A stretch of 34,785 nt of DNA from Parcubacteria group bacterium. GTDB taxonomy: Bacteria > Patescibacteriota > Minisyncoccia > Moranbacterales > UBA11712. Positions within the stretch are counted from its first letter, which is position 1. Every line of letters begins with the position of its first letter. Below, piece by piece: positions 15,949 to 24,811 of the stretch. The translations under genes and the position numbers were made by a program. The stretch is from positions 3,995 to 38,779 of the forward strand of contig JBAZRT010000003.1 in assembly GCA_041662765.1 (NCBI GenBank), written 5' to 3'. A model generated the notes under the pieces. It was given only the letters and a program-made list of their open reading frames with translations. It did no database searches and was not told the origin of the DNA.

Positions 15949-16674
15949 TTATGGCTCGAGTGGCTCGTATATTTCAATCAATTTATCCAGGCAGGAGGGA
16001 GAGGTCGAAATGATAACGCCATTGAGGGAAACATGATAGTTTATCGAGCTTATTTTTCCTCCCGGCAAACGGACTTCGGCATATCTGAACTTGCCATCCT
16101 TGAATTCCAGTTTTTGATCCAATTCTTCTTTGCTAAAATTCACCTCCGGAAACAATACCGCATGAAGATCGGAAAGCATCGTTTTTTCCCAATTCCCCAT
16201 CCAAGTCAGAGTACCGGAATATAGATTACCCTGGCCCTTACTGACATCATATCCAAAGTATATCGCATATTTTTTTTCATTGCCATCCGCAGGGCAATAA
16301 TACATGTCATAGTCCTTGTTGTCCAAATAAGTTCTTAACTGCCCGATAATCGAGATCTTTGTGGCTTTTCCAAAGTCAGTCAACGGAATTTTATTGCCCT
16401 GCGCGTCCTTGAAGCTTATTGATTCAATTCCTTTATCAACAGCTTGCTGAGAAACTGGAGATTCGGAAATATTCTTGATATTTGTTTGAACACTTTGGAT
16501 GTTTTGTTTGCTATTTTCTGTCTCGGTTGGAAGCACTGTCGGATTCGATACCGACGGTTGTTCGGCATTTTGAATGTTGGTCTTATTTCCGGATTTTGTA
16601 ACAATTAAAAAAGCAAGAGTGATCAGCACCAATATTCCTGTTCCTACTAATATAAATAATGTCTTTTTTTTCAT
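15949..16674 (-). CDS. Hypothetical N-terminally membrane-anchored extracytoplasmic protein
   Basis: Signal anchor LFILVGTGILVLITLAFLIV, a low-complexity S/T/N/Q linker, then a globular ~150-aa domain. I recognise no family. Confidence 0.7.
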   Translation of the reverse strand: MKKKTLFILVGTGILVLITLAFLIVTKSGNKTNIQNAEQPSVSNPTVLPTETENSKQNIQSVQTNIKNISESPVSQQAVDKGIESISFKDAQGNKIPLTDFGKATKISIIGQLRTYLDNKDYDMYYCPADGNEKKYAIYFGYDVSKGQGNLYSGTLTWMGNWEKTMLSDLHAVLFPEVNFSKEELDQKLEFKDGKFRYAEVRLPGGKISSINYHVSLNGVIISTSPSCLDKLIEIYEPLEP

Positions 16675-16695
16675 CCTCTTGATCTTTTAAAAATT

Positions 16696-17625
16696 TTAGC
16701 AGCTTGAGGCGGGACAATGATCGGAAGCTTTTATCACTTTCAAAGTTGATCCGTTCTTCGCCGCTTGAGCGCTGATGGATGCCGAACCGCCTCCGCTAGC
16801 ATGAATTCCGTATTTTGTGCTCGCGCCCATAATCTGCGTGCAACCGTCGTTGAGACAAATACCCACATGACCCTTGCTATCTTTACCTGGCAGGCCGTTG
16901 TTCCAAACCAACGCATCCCCAGCTTTGAGACTGCTCGCGCCTGTGAACGCGCTAGCACCTGCAGCCATTGCGCTTGTTGATCCGCCCGGGCTGCTGCATC
17001 CGGCTCTTGTAAAAGCGCGTTCGGTTGTAGATGAACAATCGCCATATCCATCCTTCATTCGAAGACTTGTGTCTGTTGTATATGTCCATCCCTCCATTGC
17101 TTTGACATGTGAAGCAACTGCAGCGCATCCGGTACTCGTCCCCGTATTCGTATTTGTGTTCGTATTTGTGCCTGTCCCAGTGCCCGTACTCGTGCTTGTC
17201 GTTTGTGTCGTGTCGCAAGTGAACTCATACCATTTTCCGCTGAACGGATGTTTGAATCCAAGAGCCGAAAGCGTTGCGTTGATGATAAGCCACGCAACGA
17301 GCGCGAGAACCATCGCAGTAAGAGCATAGGAGAGGGCAGATTTCGCCTTTTCTATCATCCCTTTGTTTCCACTCGAAACCATATACATCACTCCCGCAAC
17401 AACAACCACGAGAGTCGTGGCTGACAAAATAAGCGCCAACAAATAATTGTAAATATTTTGGAATCCAAGGATAAGATGACAGAGCGTGCAGTCCGCATTT
17501 CCTTCCCCAATACCGCAGGGCACCAAAGCTTCGGCAAAAGCACTCGAGACAATACTGAACGAAAAAACAAGCAGGCATGACAAAAATAATGTTTTTAGAA
17601 AAATTTTATTTTTTGCTTTTGTCAT
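16696..17625 (-). CDS. Fusion protein: Cys-containing VirB2/TrbC-like pilin module, T/N/G-rich linker and C-terminal NlpC/P60-like cysteine peptidase
   Basis: N-terminus LVPCGIGEGNADCTLCHL then TM-loop-TM (VVVAGVMYMVSSGNKGMIEKAKSALSYALTAMVLALVAWLI). Linker TSTSTGTGTGTNTNTNTNTGTSTG. C-terminal part has GDCSSTTERAF (Cys197) and GDALVW...KGHVGIC (His253), spaced as in NlpC/P60. Confidence 0.8.
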   Translation of the reverse strand: MTKAKNKIFLKTLFLSCLLVFSFSIVSSAFAEALVPCGIGEGNADCTLCHLILGFQNIYNYLLALILSATTLVVVVAGVMYMVSSGNKGMIEKAKSALSYALTAMVLALVAWLIINATLSALGFKHPFSGKWYEFTCDTTQTTSTSTGTGTGTNTNTNTNTGTSTGCAAVASHVKAMEGWTYTTDTSLRMKDGYGDCSSTTERAFTRAGCSSPGGSTSAMAAGASAFTGASSLKAGDALVWNNGLPGKDSKGHVGICLNDGCTQIMGASTKYGIHASGGGSASISAQAAKNGSTLKVIKASDHCPASSC

Positions 17626-17664
17626 CGGTTTGTATATTCGTGCTAAATTCGTAGTTTGTAGAAA

Positions 17665-19137
17665 TTATTTCCTCAAAAGCACGTTCACTGCGTTTTGTGC
17701 TTGATCAAGTGTGTCATGAAGCGAATTGTTTTTGAGCACCACATTGTCGATCATTCCGTCAAAAATTTTCTCGACCGCGAGATTGTCGGGTTGCGCCCAG
17801 CTTTTGGCGATGAGATTGCCCTGAGCAAAAGGGGAGAGAAGAATATCTGATTTTTGTTTTTCGATAAGATCCCGCCGCGCCGCAGGTTTGGATTGGTTTT
17901 TGATATATTCCGCTGCCGGATCGAAATTAGCACTTTCCGTTCCTGCTGCCGCAACCGGCAAGTTCGCACTGAAGGATTGCGGCATTGTGAGAAAGCGGAT
18001 AAATTTCCAACTTTCGGCAATTCTTTGGTTGTCTGTTGCATAGGTATGCTTGTTTTGCTGGGCCACTTTGATAAATTCCTGATTTTGAGCCTTATTCTTG
18101 GAAACCGCATATCCCCAATAATTGGCAAAATCAACATCCAAACCAGCGCCGTTCGCATCTTTGTTTTGCGGAATTCTGGCAATTCCAAGGGACAGCTTTG
18201 GCGCCCGTTCCCCGATTTGCGGAATAAGCCAGGAATAATTGAGCATCATCGCCGTTTTTCCTTCGATAAAGCTGTCTTTCGAGTTATGTTGGAGAGAATT
18301 CCACGTATAAACATCATTTGCTTGATTTGAAAACTTCGTGTAATAAGCCAACGCCGATTCTCCCGGCGACATTTCGCTTCCATAGGTCGTATTTGTAAAA
18401 TCAGCAAAACTGGCTTGATTGTTTTTCGGGTCCATCATACTCGCACCCGACTGCATCATAAGAAGAGTCAAAATGTCTGTCGCCCGATTTATTTTTCCTG
18501 TACCGGCACTCATATCGCTCGACATTCCCATCGCCGCACCGGAGAGAGTAATGTTTCCAAAAGTGTCGACGCGGGTTATTTTTTTCACCGCGCTGTCAAA
18601 ATCAACCCAGGTCGCCGGAGGTGTTGTTATCCCGGCTTGGTTCAACAAATCTTTGTTGTAGTAAAGCGCAAGAGAATCTACGGAGAGAGGAAGCGCATAT
18701 ATCTTTCCATCAGCAACAAAATCCGAAGAGACAACGCCTGCAAATTGATCTTGGACCTGCTTGGGCGTCACAATATCCGCCTGGCTGGATGAAAGATCAT
18801 CTTTCGGCGCCGATGCCAGCTTGTCTTTATGCTTCGTGAGCCAGGTATTGTGAATAAGAAAGACATCCGGTCCGTTTCCCGTTGCAAGCGCGTCCATCAA
18901 ATCATTTTCGTATGAATCGACAGTGAGTTTTTTGTAGACGATATCTTTCACTCGCGGATTTCTTTTCTGATATTCGCTGATAGCTTTTACCATCACATCC
19001 GAATCATCAAAAAGTCCCCAAACCTCAAGGCGAACTTCATAATTTATCGTTGAATTGTTCGAACATCCACAACCAGAAAGAACGACCATCGAGAGGATAA
19101 GAGCGAAAGAGAAAATAACTGATAATTTTTTCTTCAT
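17665..19137 (-). CDS. Lipoprotein, extracellular solute-binding protein (ABC-type, family 1-like); no cognate permease or ATPase nearby
   Basis: Lipobox LSGC at aa 20-23. LEVWGLFDD...GNGPDVFLIHNTW...YALPLSVDSLALYYNKDLL is typical of sugar-type SBPs. Confidence 0.8.
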   Translation of the reverse strand: MKKKLSVIFSFALILSMVVLSGCGCSNNSTINYEVRLEVWGLFDDSDVMVKAISEYQKRNPRVKDIVYKKLTVDSYENDLMDALATGNGPDVFLIHNTWLTKHKDKLASAPKDDLSSSQADIVTPKQVQDQFAGVVSSDFVADGKIYALPLSVDSLALYYNKDLLNQAGITTPPATWVDFDSAVKKITRVDTFGNITLSGAAMGMSSDMSAGTGKINRATDILTLLMMQSGASMMDPKNNQASFADFTNTTYGSEMSPGESALAYYTKFSNQANDVYTWNSLQHNSKDSFIEGKTAMMLNYSWLIPQIGERAPKLSLGIARIPQNKDANGAGLDVDFANYWGYAVSKNKAQNQEFIKVAQQNKHTYATDNQRIAESWKFIRFLTMPQSFSANLPVAAAGTESANFDPAAEYIKNQSKPAARRDLIEKQKSDILLSPFAQGNLIAKSWAQPDNLAVEKIFDGMIDNVVLKNNSLHDTLDQAQNAVNVLLRK

Positions 19138-19170
19138 TGGTTTTTTGTTTTGAAGTTTATCTATGCTTGA

Positions 19171-19199
19171 ATTTTACAACAGGTTGTAAAATTGTACAA
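19171..19199 (-). promoter_or_regulatory. Promoter (TTGTAC-17 nt-TAAAAT) overlapped by a 10+2+10 bp perfect palindrome (candidate operator, 19171-19192)
   Basis: attttacaac-ag-gttgtaaaat read directly. The -10 and the spacer lie inside the palindrome. Confidence 0.55.
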
Positions 19200-19203
19200 A
19201 TAC

Positions 19204-19242
19204 AAAAAAGACCCCGCTCTTCGCGAAGGGCGGGGTCTTTTG
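19204..19242. terminator. Bidirectional terminator after gyrA
   Basis: agaccccgc / gcggggtct stem flanked by A- and T-runs. Confidence 0.7.
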
Positions 19243-19263
19243 AAATATATTTTAATAAATAAT

Positions 19264-21696
19264 CTACAGAACCGCCGTGGCAGCGATCTTGTCGTCACCG
19301 TTGAGGCGCATCACGCGCACACCTTGCGTCGCACGGCCGAGAATCGAAATACTCCCCATTGGAACACGAATAATCTGTCCTTTTGCGCTGCTTGCAATGA
19401 GATCTGTTTCAATATTGTCGAGATTGATCATATGCGCGCACACAAGTTTTCAGGTTTTTGGAGTAATCTTCGCCGTTTTGATCCCTGACCCCCCTCGACG
19501 CTGAATTTTGTAGGCTTTCATATCTGTTCTCTTCCCAAATCCGTTTTCGGTGAGGATCAAAAGCTGATTGCCTTTCTGATTTTTGAGTACCACATCCATT
19601 CCAACGACTTGATCATTCTTTTTCAAATTGATCCCGCGCACGCCGGCGGCCGTCCGCCCCATGCCGCGCACGTCCGTTTCCTTGAAATGAATAGCCTGGC
19701 CGGCTGAAGTCGTAATGATGATCTCATCCTTTCCGGTCGTCGGAGCAATCCAGCGCAATTCATCACCTTTGGCCAGATTCAAAGCGATAAGACCCGATCG
19801 GCGAACTTTGGCAAAATCTTCAATGGCTGTTTTTTTCACTGTCCCGAATTTCGTCGCCATAAAAAGATATTTTGCTTGAGAATCTTTACCAATAGTGATA
19901 ATCGCCGTTATTTTTTCGTCCGGAGAAATCTGCAAGAAGTTCACAATCGCCTGACCCTTGGCTGTTCGCGAAGAAACCGGAATTTCATAGGCCTTAGTTT
20001 GGAAAACCTTTCCCGTATTTGTGAAAAAGAAAAGATCGTCGTGCGTCATCGCGCTCACTACCATATCAATCGTATCTCCTTCCTTGGTCGTCGCACCGAT
20101 CACGCCCTTTCCGCCGCGCCTCTGCACGCGATAGAGAGAGGGATTCATTCTTTTAACATAGTTGTCCTCGGTAAAAACGATGATTGCTTCCTCGTTTGGA
20201 ATAAGATCCTCTTGTTTGAATTCGCCCACAGCTGATCTCACCACCCGCGTCCGCCGTTCGTCGGCATACTTATCTTTCAACTCTTTGAGTTCGTCCTTGA
20301 TGACGCCCAATATTTTTTTCGGACTCTTGAGAAGATCTTCAAGCTCTTTGATCAATTTCATTTTTTCTTTGAGTTCATCCTCGATTTTCTGGCGCTCAAG
20401 ACCCGCAAGAGTCTGAAGACGCATTTCGAGGATCGCCGTCGACTGCTTGTCAGACAATTTGAACTTTTTCATCAAATTGTCATGGGCGATCTCTTTCGTG
20501 GCTGATTTTCGAATGGTAGCGATAACCGCATCGATGTGATCAAGCGCTTTTTTGAGACCCTCAAGAATATGCGCCCGCTCTTTCGCGATTCGAAGATCAT
20601 ATTGTGTCCGGCGCGTAACAACAACCTGTCGATGCGCTACGAAATACTCGAGCATCGCCTTGAGATTCAGCACTTTTGGCTCAATTCCATCGACAAGCGC
20701 AAGCATATTCACATGGAACGACTTTTGAAGATCAGTAAGGGTGAAGAGCTTGTTGAGAACTTTTTTCGGGAAAGCTTCTTTTTTGAGTTCTATTACGATC
20801 CGCACTCCGTCCTTGTCTGATTCATCGCGAAGATCTCGGATACCCTCGATTTTTCCGGTTTTCACAAGGTCCGCCATCTTCTCTATCATCGCCGCCTTGT
20901 TTGAAGAATAGGTCATCTCCGTCACAATGATCTGAAATTGTCCGCTTTTTGTTTCGACGATCTCAGTCTCAGCCCGGCAGACAATACTTCCACGGCCAGT
21001 GAGATAGGTCTGCACGATATCCGCTTGGTTGTATATCGATCCGCCCGTCGGAAAATCAGGACCCTTCACAAATTGAGTCAGATCTTTCACATCGCAATCG
21101 GGATTTTCAATGAGATAGGCTATGCCGTCGACCAATTCTCCAAGATTGTGCGGGGGAATACTCGTCGCCATCCCGACCGCAATTCCCATTGTGCCGTTGA
21201 GAAGAAGCTGGGGAACTTTGGCCGGCAGAACGGACGGCTCCTGGCGGGATGAATCATAATTGGGAATAAAATCAACCGTTTCCTTTTCGATATCCGCCAT
21301 CATTTCTTCCGCGAGGCTCGTCATTTTGGCTTCGGTATATCGCATTGCCGCCGCATTGTCGCCATCCATCGAACCGAAGTTTCCCTGACCGTCCACAAGG
21401 GGATAGCGCATGGAAAAATCCTGTGCAAGACGCACCATCGTGTTGTATACTGCCAAATCGCCGTGAGGATGATATTTCCCAAGCACATCTCCGACAACAA
21501 GTGCTGACTTTCGATATTTCGCGCTGTGCGTAAGCCCGAGACCGCGCATGGCAAAAAGGATCCGGCGATGCACCGGCTTCATTCCGTCCCGCACGTCAGG
21601 AAGAGCGCGCGAAACAATCACGCTCATTGCATAGGCGAGATATGATTCCTTCATTTCTGAAGTTATTTCTCTGGGTTTTATATAACCTATTTCCAT
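19264..21696 (-). CDS. gyrA: DNA gyrase subunit A, full length (810 codons) only if the in-frame TGA at 19450-19452 is read through; otherwise truncated at 748 aa
   Basis: N-terminus ..[38 protein letters not shown] (catalytic Tyr). The C-terminal pinwheel repeats continue in the same frame after the TGA ([10 protein letters not shown]...[26 protein letters not shown], then TAG at 19264-19266). Confidence 0.9.
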
Positions 21697-21701
21697 AGTT
21701 T

Positions 21702-22124
21702 TTATGGTAGCTGTGGCACGCTATCTTTGCTTTGAATATTATTTTCCACTGAATTGTCGCTTGTTTTTTCGCTCGGATTGTTTATGGCATTGCCATTGTC
21801 CGTATTTTGGTTTGAACCCGTGCTCGGAGCAGATACTTCATCCTGCATGCTCTTGTCCGTTTCTGTCGTTCCCGTTTGGCTTGGCGCTTCTTGCATCATG
21901 TTCTGGATCGAATCCTTTCCCGTTTGAAAATTCGTCTTGAGATCGTCGAGGCTCGCTGAAGTTCCGCCTGGCTGCGAATCGTTCGATTTGTTCATCTCAT
22001 TAAAGGAAACAACCCAGATCACAAGAATGATCAAAAACCCGGCTGCCGTCGCAATGACTGCAATTCTTTTCCGTTCATGGACGGGCTTCTGCTGAAGCTT
22101 GTAAATGTAATCTTTGAGATTCAT
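21702..22124 (-). CDS. Hypothetical single-pass membrane protein with a low-complexity S/T/N/Q-rich tail
   Basis: Start moved to ATG 22124 (MNLKDYIYK), which has AGGAG 9 nt upstream. The tracked 22250 start would overlap the upstream gene by more than 100 nt. TM segment [19 protein letters not shown]. Confidence 0.6.
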   Translation of the reverse strand: MNLKDYIYKLQQKPVHERKRIAVIATAAGFLIILVIWVVSFNEMNKSNDSQPGGTSASLDDLKTNFQTGKDSIQNMMQEAPSQTGTTETDKSMQDEVSAPSTGSNQNTDNGNAINNPSEKTSDNSVENNIQSKDSVPQLP

Positions 22125-22135
22125 TGATTTAACTC

Positions 22136-22807
22136 CTAACTGCTCAATGCTTCCATTATCACTACTTTCATCTCCGCGTTTTCGAGATCTTTTTTCTTGA
22201 TAATCAGCTTTACTGTTTTTTCTCTCGGGCAAGTCCCGATCTCTTTGCAAAAGCTCTTTTCATCATCTATTTTTACTTTCGATCCTGCGATTTTATAATG
22301 CACGGGTATAACAATTTTTGGTTCGATCTGATCCACCACGGCCTTTGCTTCCTTTCCATCCAGGGTGAAACCGTTTCCGCCCACCGGCACAGCCAATATA
22401 TCCACGCCATTCACTTCTTCCAGTTGTTTTTTATCAAGGTTGGTCGCCAAATCGCCCAAATGACAAAATCGTATCCCTTCGCTTTCTATGGCGAAGATTG
22501 TATTTAACCCCCTTTGGGCTCCTTGAACCTTGTCATGGTATGAATTTATTCCTGTGATCGAAACACCCTTGATCGAATATTCTCCCGGCAGGTCAAGAAT
22601 TTGCGGTTCACCCTTGAGCGCACCCGAGTTGTTGTGATCATGATGGTCGTGGCTCACAGTGACTATATCAGCCCGTCCCTGGGGAGGACGGAGACCGATC
22701 TCTTTGTCGAATGGGTCCAAAAAAATCACCACGTCTTCACCCGAACCGCGCCCATCAGGCTTGGTAGATATTTTGAAACATGAATGTCCGTACCATTGAA
22801 TGGTCAT
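22136..22807 (-). CDS. Metallo-beta-lactamase-fold hydrolase (UPF0173-like)
   Basis: MTIQWYGHSCFKI and VTVSHDHHDHNN motifs; 223 aa. Confidence 0.85.
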   Translation of the reverse strand: MTIQWYGHSCFKISTKPDGRGSGEDVVIFLDPFDKEIGLRPPQGRADIVTVSHDHHDHNNSGALKGEPQILDLPGEYSIKGVSITGINSYHDKVQGAQRGLNTIFAIESEGIRFCHLGDLATNLDKKQLEEVNGVDILAVPVGGNGFTLDGKEAKAVVDQIEPKIVIPVHYKIAGSKVKIDDEKSFCKEIGTCPREKTVKLIIKKKDLENAEMKVVIMEALSS

Positions 22808-22889
22808 AATTGAGAGTTTTTAGATTTTCTTAACAATAGAATGATAGCATATGAGACAAAAAATTTCAATGGCCTAAATATCCCAACCC

Positions 22890-22918
22890 TTGCCAAAATT
22901 ATCAATATATATTATACT
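22890..22918 (+). promoter_or_regulatory. sigma70-like promoter for rpsA (TTGCCA-17 nt-TATACT)
   Basis: ttgcca at 22890-22895 and tatact at 22913-22918. Confidence 0.55.
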
Positions 22919-22954
22919 TTTTTAGTATTAATCATTAACCTAAGCATTAATCCA

Positions 22955-24187
22955 ATGATGGACAACATTTACGACACTCTAGCTAAAGAGGTCGACAAGG
23001 TTTCAGAAGAGAAAAGAGAAGAAGATGTAGCTAAAAATGAAATTGAGATCGAAGATTCTTCGGCTGTGGCCGAAGAAATGAGCGAACCCGCATCCACGAT
23101 GGCGGATTTTTTGAACCAAACAAAAATATCTTTTCCAAAAGAGGGCGATGTTATCGACGGTAAAGTGCTTGAAATCGGATCAAACGCCGTCTATCTCGAC
23201 CTCGGCGTTTTTGGAACGGGAATCGTTCTCGGAAAAGAGATCAAAGACGGCCTTGGAACAACGGATAAATTGAAGATTGGCGACACGGTCACCGCGACGG
23301 TCACCGATCTTGAAAACGACGACGGATACATCGAACTTTCCGTTCGAGAGGCCTCGATTGAAAAAGCCTGGCTTGATCTGGAAGAAAAACAAGCCGAAGA
23401 AGTTGTATTTTCTACCAAAATTTTGGACGCGAACAAGGGCGGTCTCATTGTTGAAGTGAACGGCATCACCGGATTTTTGCCCGTTTCCCAACTTTCCAAC
23501 GAACACTATCCCCGCGTCGAAGAAGGAGAAAAGGGGAAAATTCTTGAAAAACTGCGCTTATACATCGGCACCGAAATGCAAGTGAAGGTTATTGACATCG
23601 ACCGGGAAGGCGAAAAATTGATCGTAAGTGAAAAAGCGGCCTATAGCGCCGAAGAAAAGAAGGCGATTTCCGAGCTCAAACTTGGCGATGTGATTGAAGG
23701 AGAAGTGAGCGGCGTCGTTGACTTTGGAGCATTCATCAAATTTTTCCCACCGAGCAAAACTGAATCCGTTCGCGAAGAAGACAAGCTTGAAGGATTGGTG
23801 CATATATCCGAACTTGCCTGGCAGCTCATCGACAATCCGCGCGATATCATCAAAACCGGCGATCGGGTGAAAGCCAAAATCATCGGCATCGACAACACGC
23901 GCGTTTCACTTTCCATCAAAGCACTCGCAAAAGATCCTTGGGTCAGCGCCGAAGAAAAATATCAAGCCGGAAAAACATATGACGGACAAGTGCGAAAGAT
24001 CAACCACTTCGGCGCGTTCGTATATCTCGACGACGACATCCACGGCCTCGCCCACGTCAGCGAACTTCTTGAAGCCAACCCCGGAAAAAATATTGAGGAG
24101 ATCATTCAAGTCGAGAACACTTACAAATGGAAAATTCTTTCCATCGATCCCAAAGAACATCGAATGGGATTGGCGTTGGTGAAATAA
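22955..24187 (+). CDS. rpsA: 30S ribosomal protein S1 (four S1 domains, acidic N-terminal segment)
   Basis: Four S1/OB repeats, for example GDVIDGKVLEIGSNAVYLDLG and GDVIEGEVSGVVDFGAFIKF..GLVHISELAW. The tracked start at 22841 would translate the promoter, so ATG 22955 is preferred. Confidence 0.85.
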   Translation: MMDNIYDTLAKEVDKVSEEKREEDVAKNEIEIEDSSAVAEEMSEPASTMADFLNQTKISFPKEGDVIDGKVLEIGSNAVYLDLGVFGTGIVLGKEIKDGLGTTDKLKIGDTVTATVTDLENDDGYIELSVREASIEKAWLDLEEKQAEEVVFSTKILDANKGGLIVEVNGITGFLPVSQLSNEHYPRVEEGEKGKILEKLRLYIGTEMQVKVIDIDREGEKLIVSEKAAYSAEEKKAISELKLGDVIEGEVSGVVDFGAFIKFFPPSKTESVREEDKLEGLVHISELAWQLIDNPRDIIKTGDRVKAKIIGIDNTRVSLSIKALAKDPWVSAEEKYQAGKTYDGQVRKINHFGAFVYLDDDIHGLAHVSELLEANPGKNIEEIIQVENTYKWKILSIDPKEHRMGLALVK

Positions 24188-24218
24188 GCAATAAGATAAA
24201 AGAAATAAAAATTCTTTT

Positions 24219-24797
24219 ATGAAAAAAGTTCTTGTTATAGGCGGACCTACAGGAAGCGGGGAAAGTACAATCACAAATGCAATTATCAAACGCTTTCCGG
24301 TTTTCACACGGCTCGTGACCGCCACTTCAAGAAAACCACGGAACGGCGAAAAAAATAAAATTGATTATTATTTTTTCTCAAAAGAAGAATTTGAGAAAAA
24401 TATTGCCAATGGGAATATCATTGAATATACCTACATAGAGAACAGGGACGATTATTACGGCACTTATAAGCCCGATCTGGATGAAAAAATAGCCAAGGGT
24501 TTCAATGTGATCGTTAATGTGGATATTGTCGGCGCAAAATATTACAAGGAAAATTATAATGCAACGACAATTTTTATTAAACCTGAATCTATTGAGGAAT
24601 TAAGAGAAAGATTGACCAATCGGGATAAGAATATCGATTCGGAAGAATTGAATAAAAGAATAGAAAACGCTGAAAATGAAATAAAGAACGAAATGGATTT
24701 CTATGATTATGTTGTCGTGAACGCCAACGGAAAACTCGAGGAAGCTGTTGAAAAAACCTTTGATATTTTGAAAAAGGAAAACTATTCTCTTGTATAA
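24219..24797 (+). CDS. gmk: Guanylate kinase
   Basis: P-loop GGPTGSGEST and ATSRKPRNGEKNKIDYYFFSKEEF. Confidence 0.85.
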   Translation: MKKVLVIGGPTGSGESTITNAIIKRFPVFTRLVTATSRKPRNGEKNKIDYYFFSKEEFEKNIANGNIIEYTYIENRDDYYGTYKPDLDEKIAKGFNVIVNVDIVGAKYYKENYNATTIFIKPESIEELRERLTNRDKNIDSEELNKRIENAENEIKNEMDFYDYVVVNANGKLEEAVEKTFDILKKENYSLV

Positions 24798-24811
24798 TTT
24801 ATATTATCCCA

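Noticed and set aside
12740-17625. Search for DGR variable repeats (Asn-codon-rich C-terminal lectin-like segments) in the unknown protein and the pilin cluster
   Set aside because: No imperfect repeat pair with A-specific mismatches was seen. The T/N/G linker of the fusion protein is a simple codon microsatellite, not a VR.
19192-19504. Plus-strand ORFs 19192-19488 and 19277-19504
   Set aside because: They are antisense to the post-TGA continuation of gyrA, whose translation matches the GyrA C-terminal blade.
22841-22954. 38-aa N-terminal extension of ribosomal protein S1 from the tracked ATG
   Set aside because: The extension would translate the TTGCCA-17-TATACT promoter and gives a hydrophobic, I/N-rich peptide unlike S1. 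The downstream ATG at 22955 is preferred.
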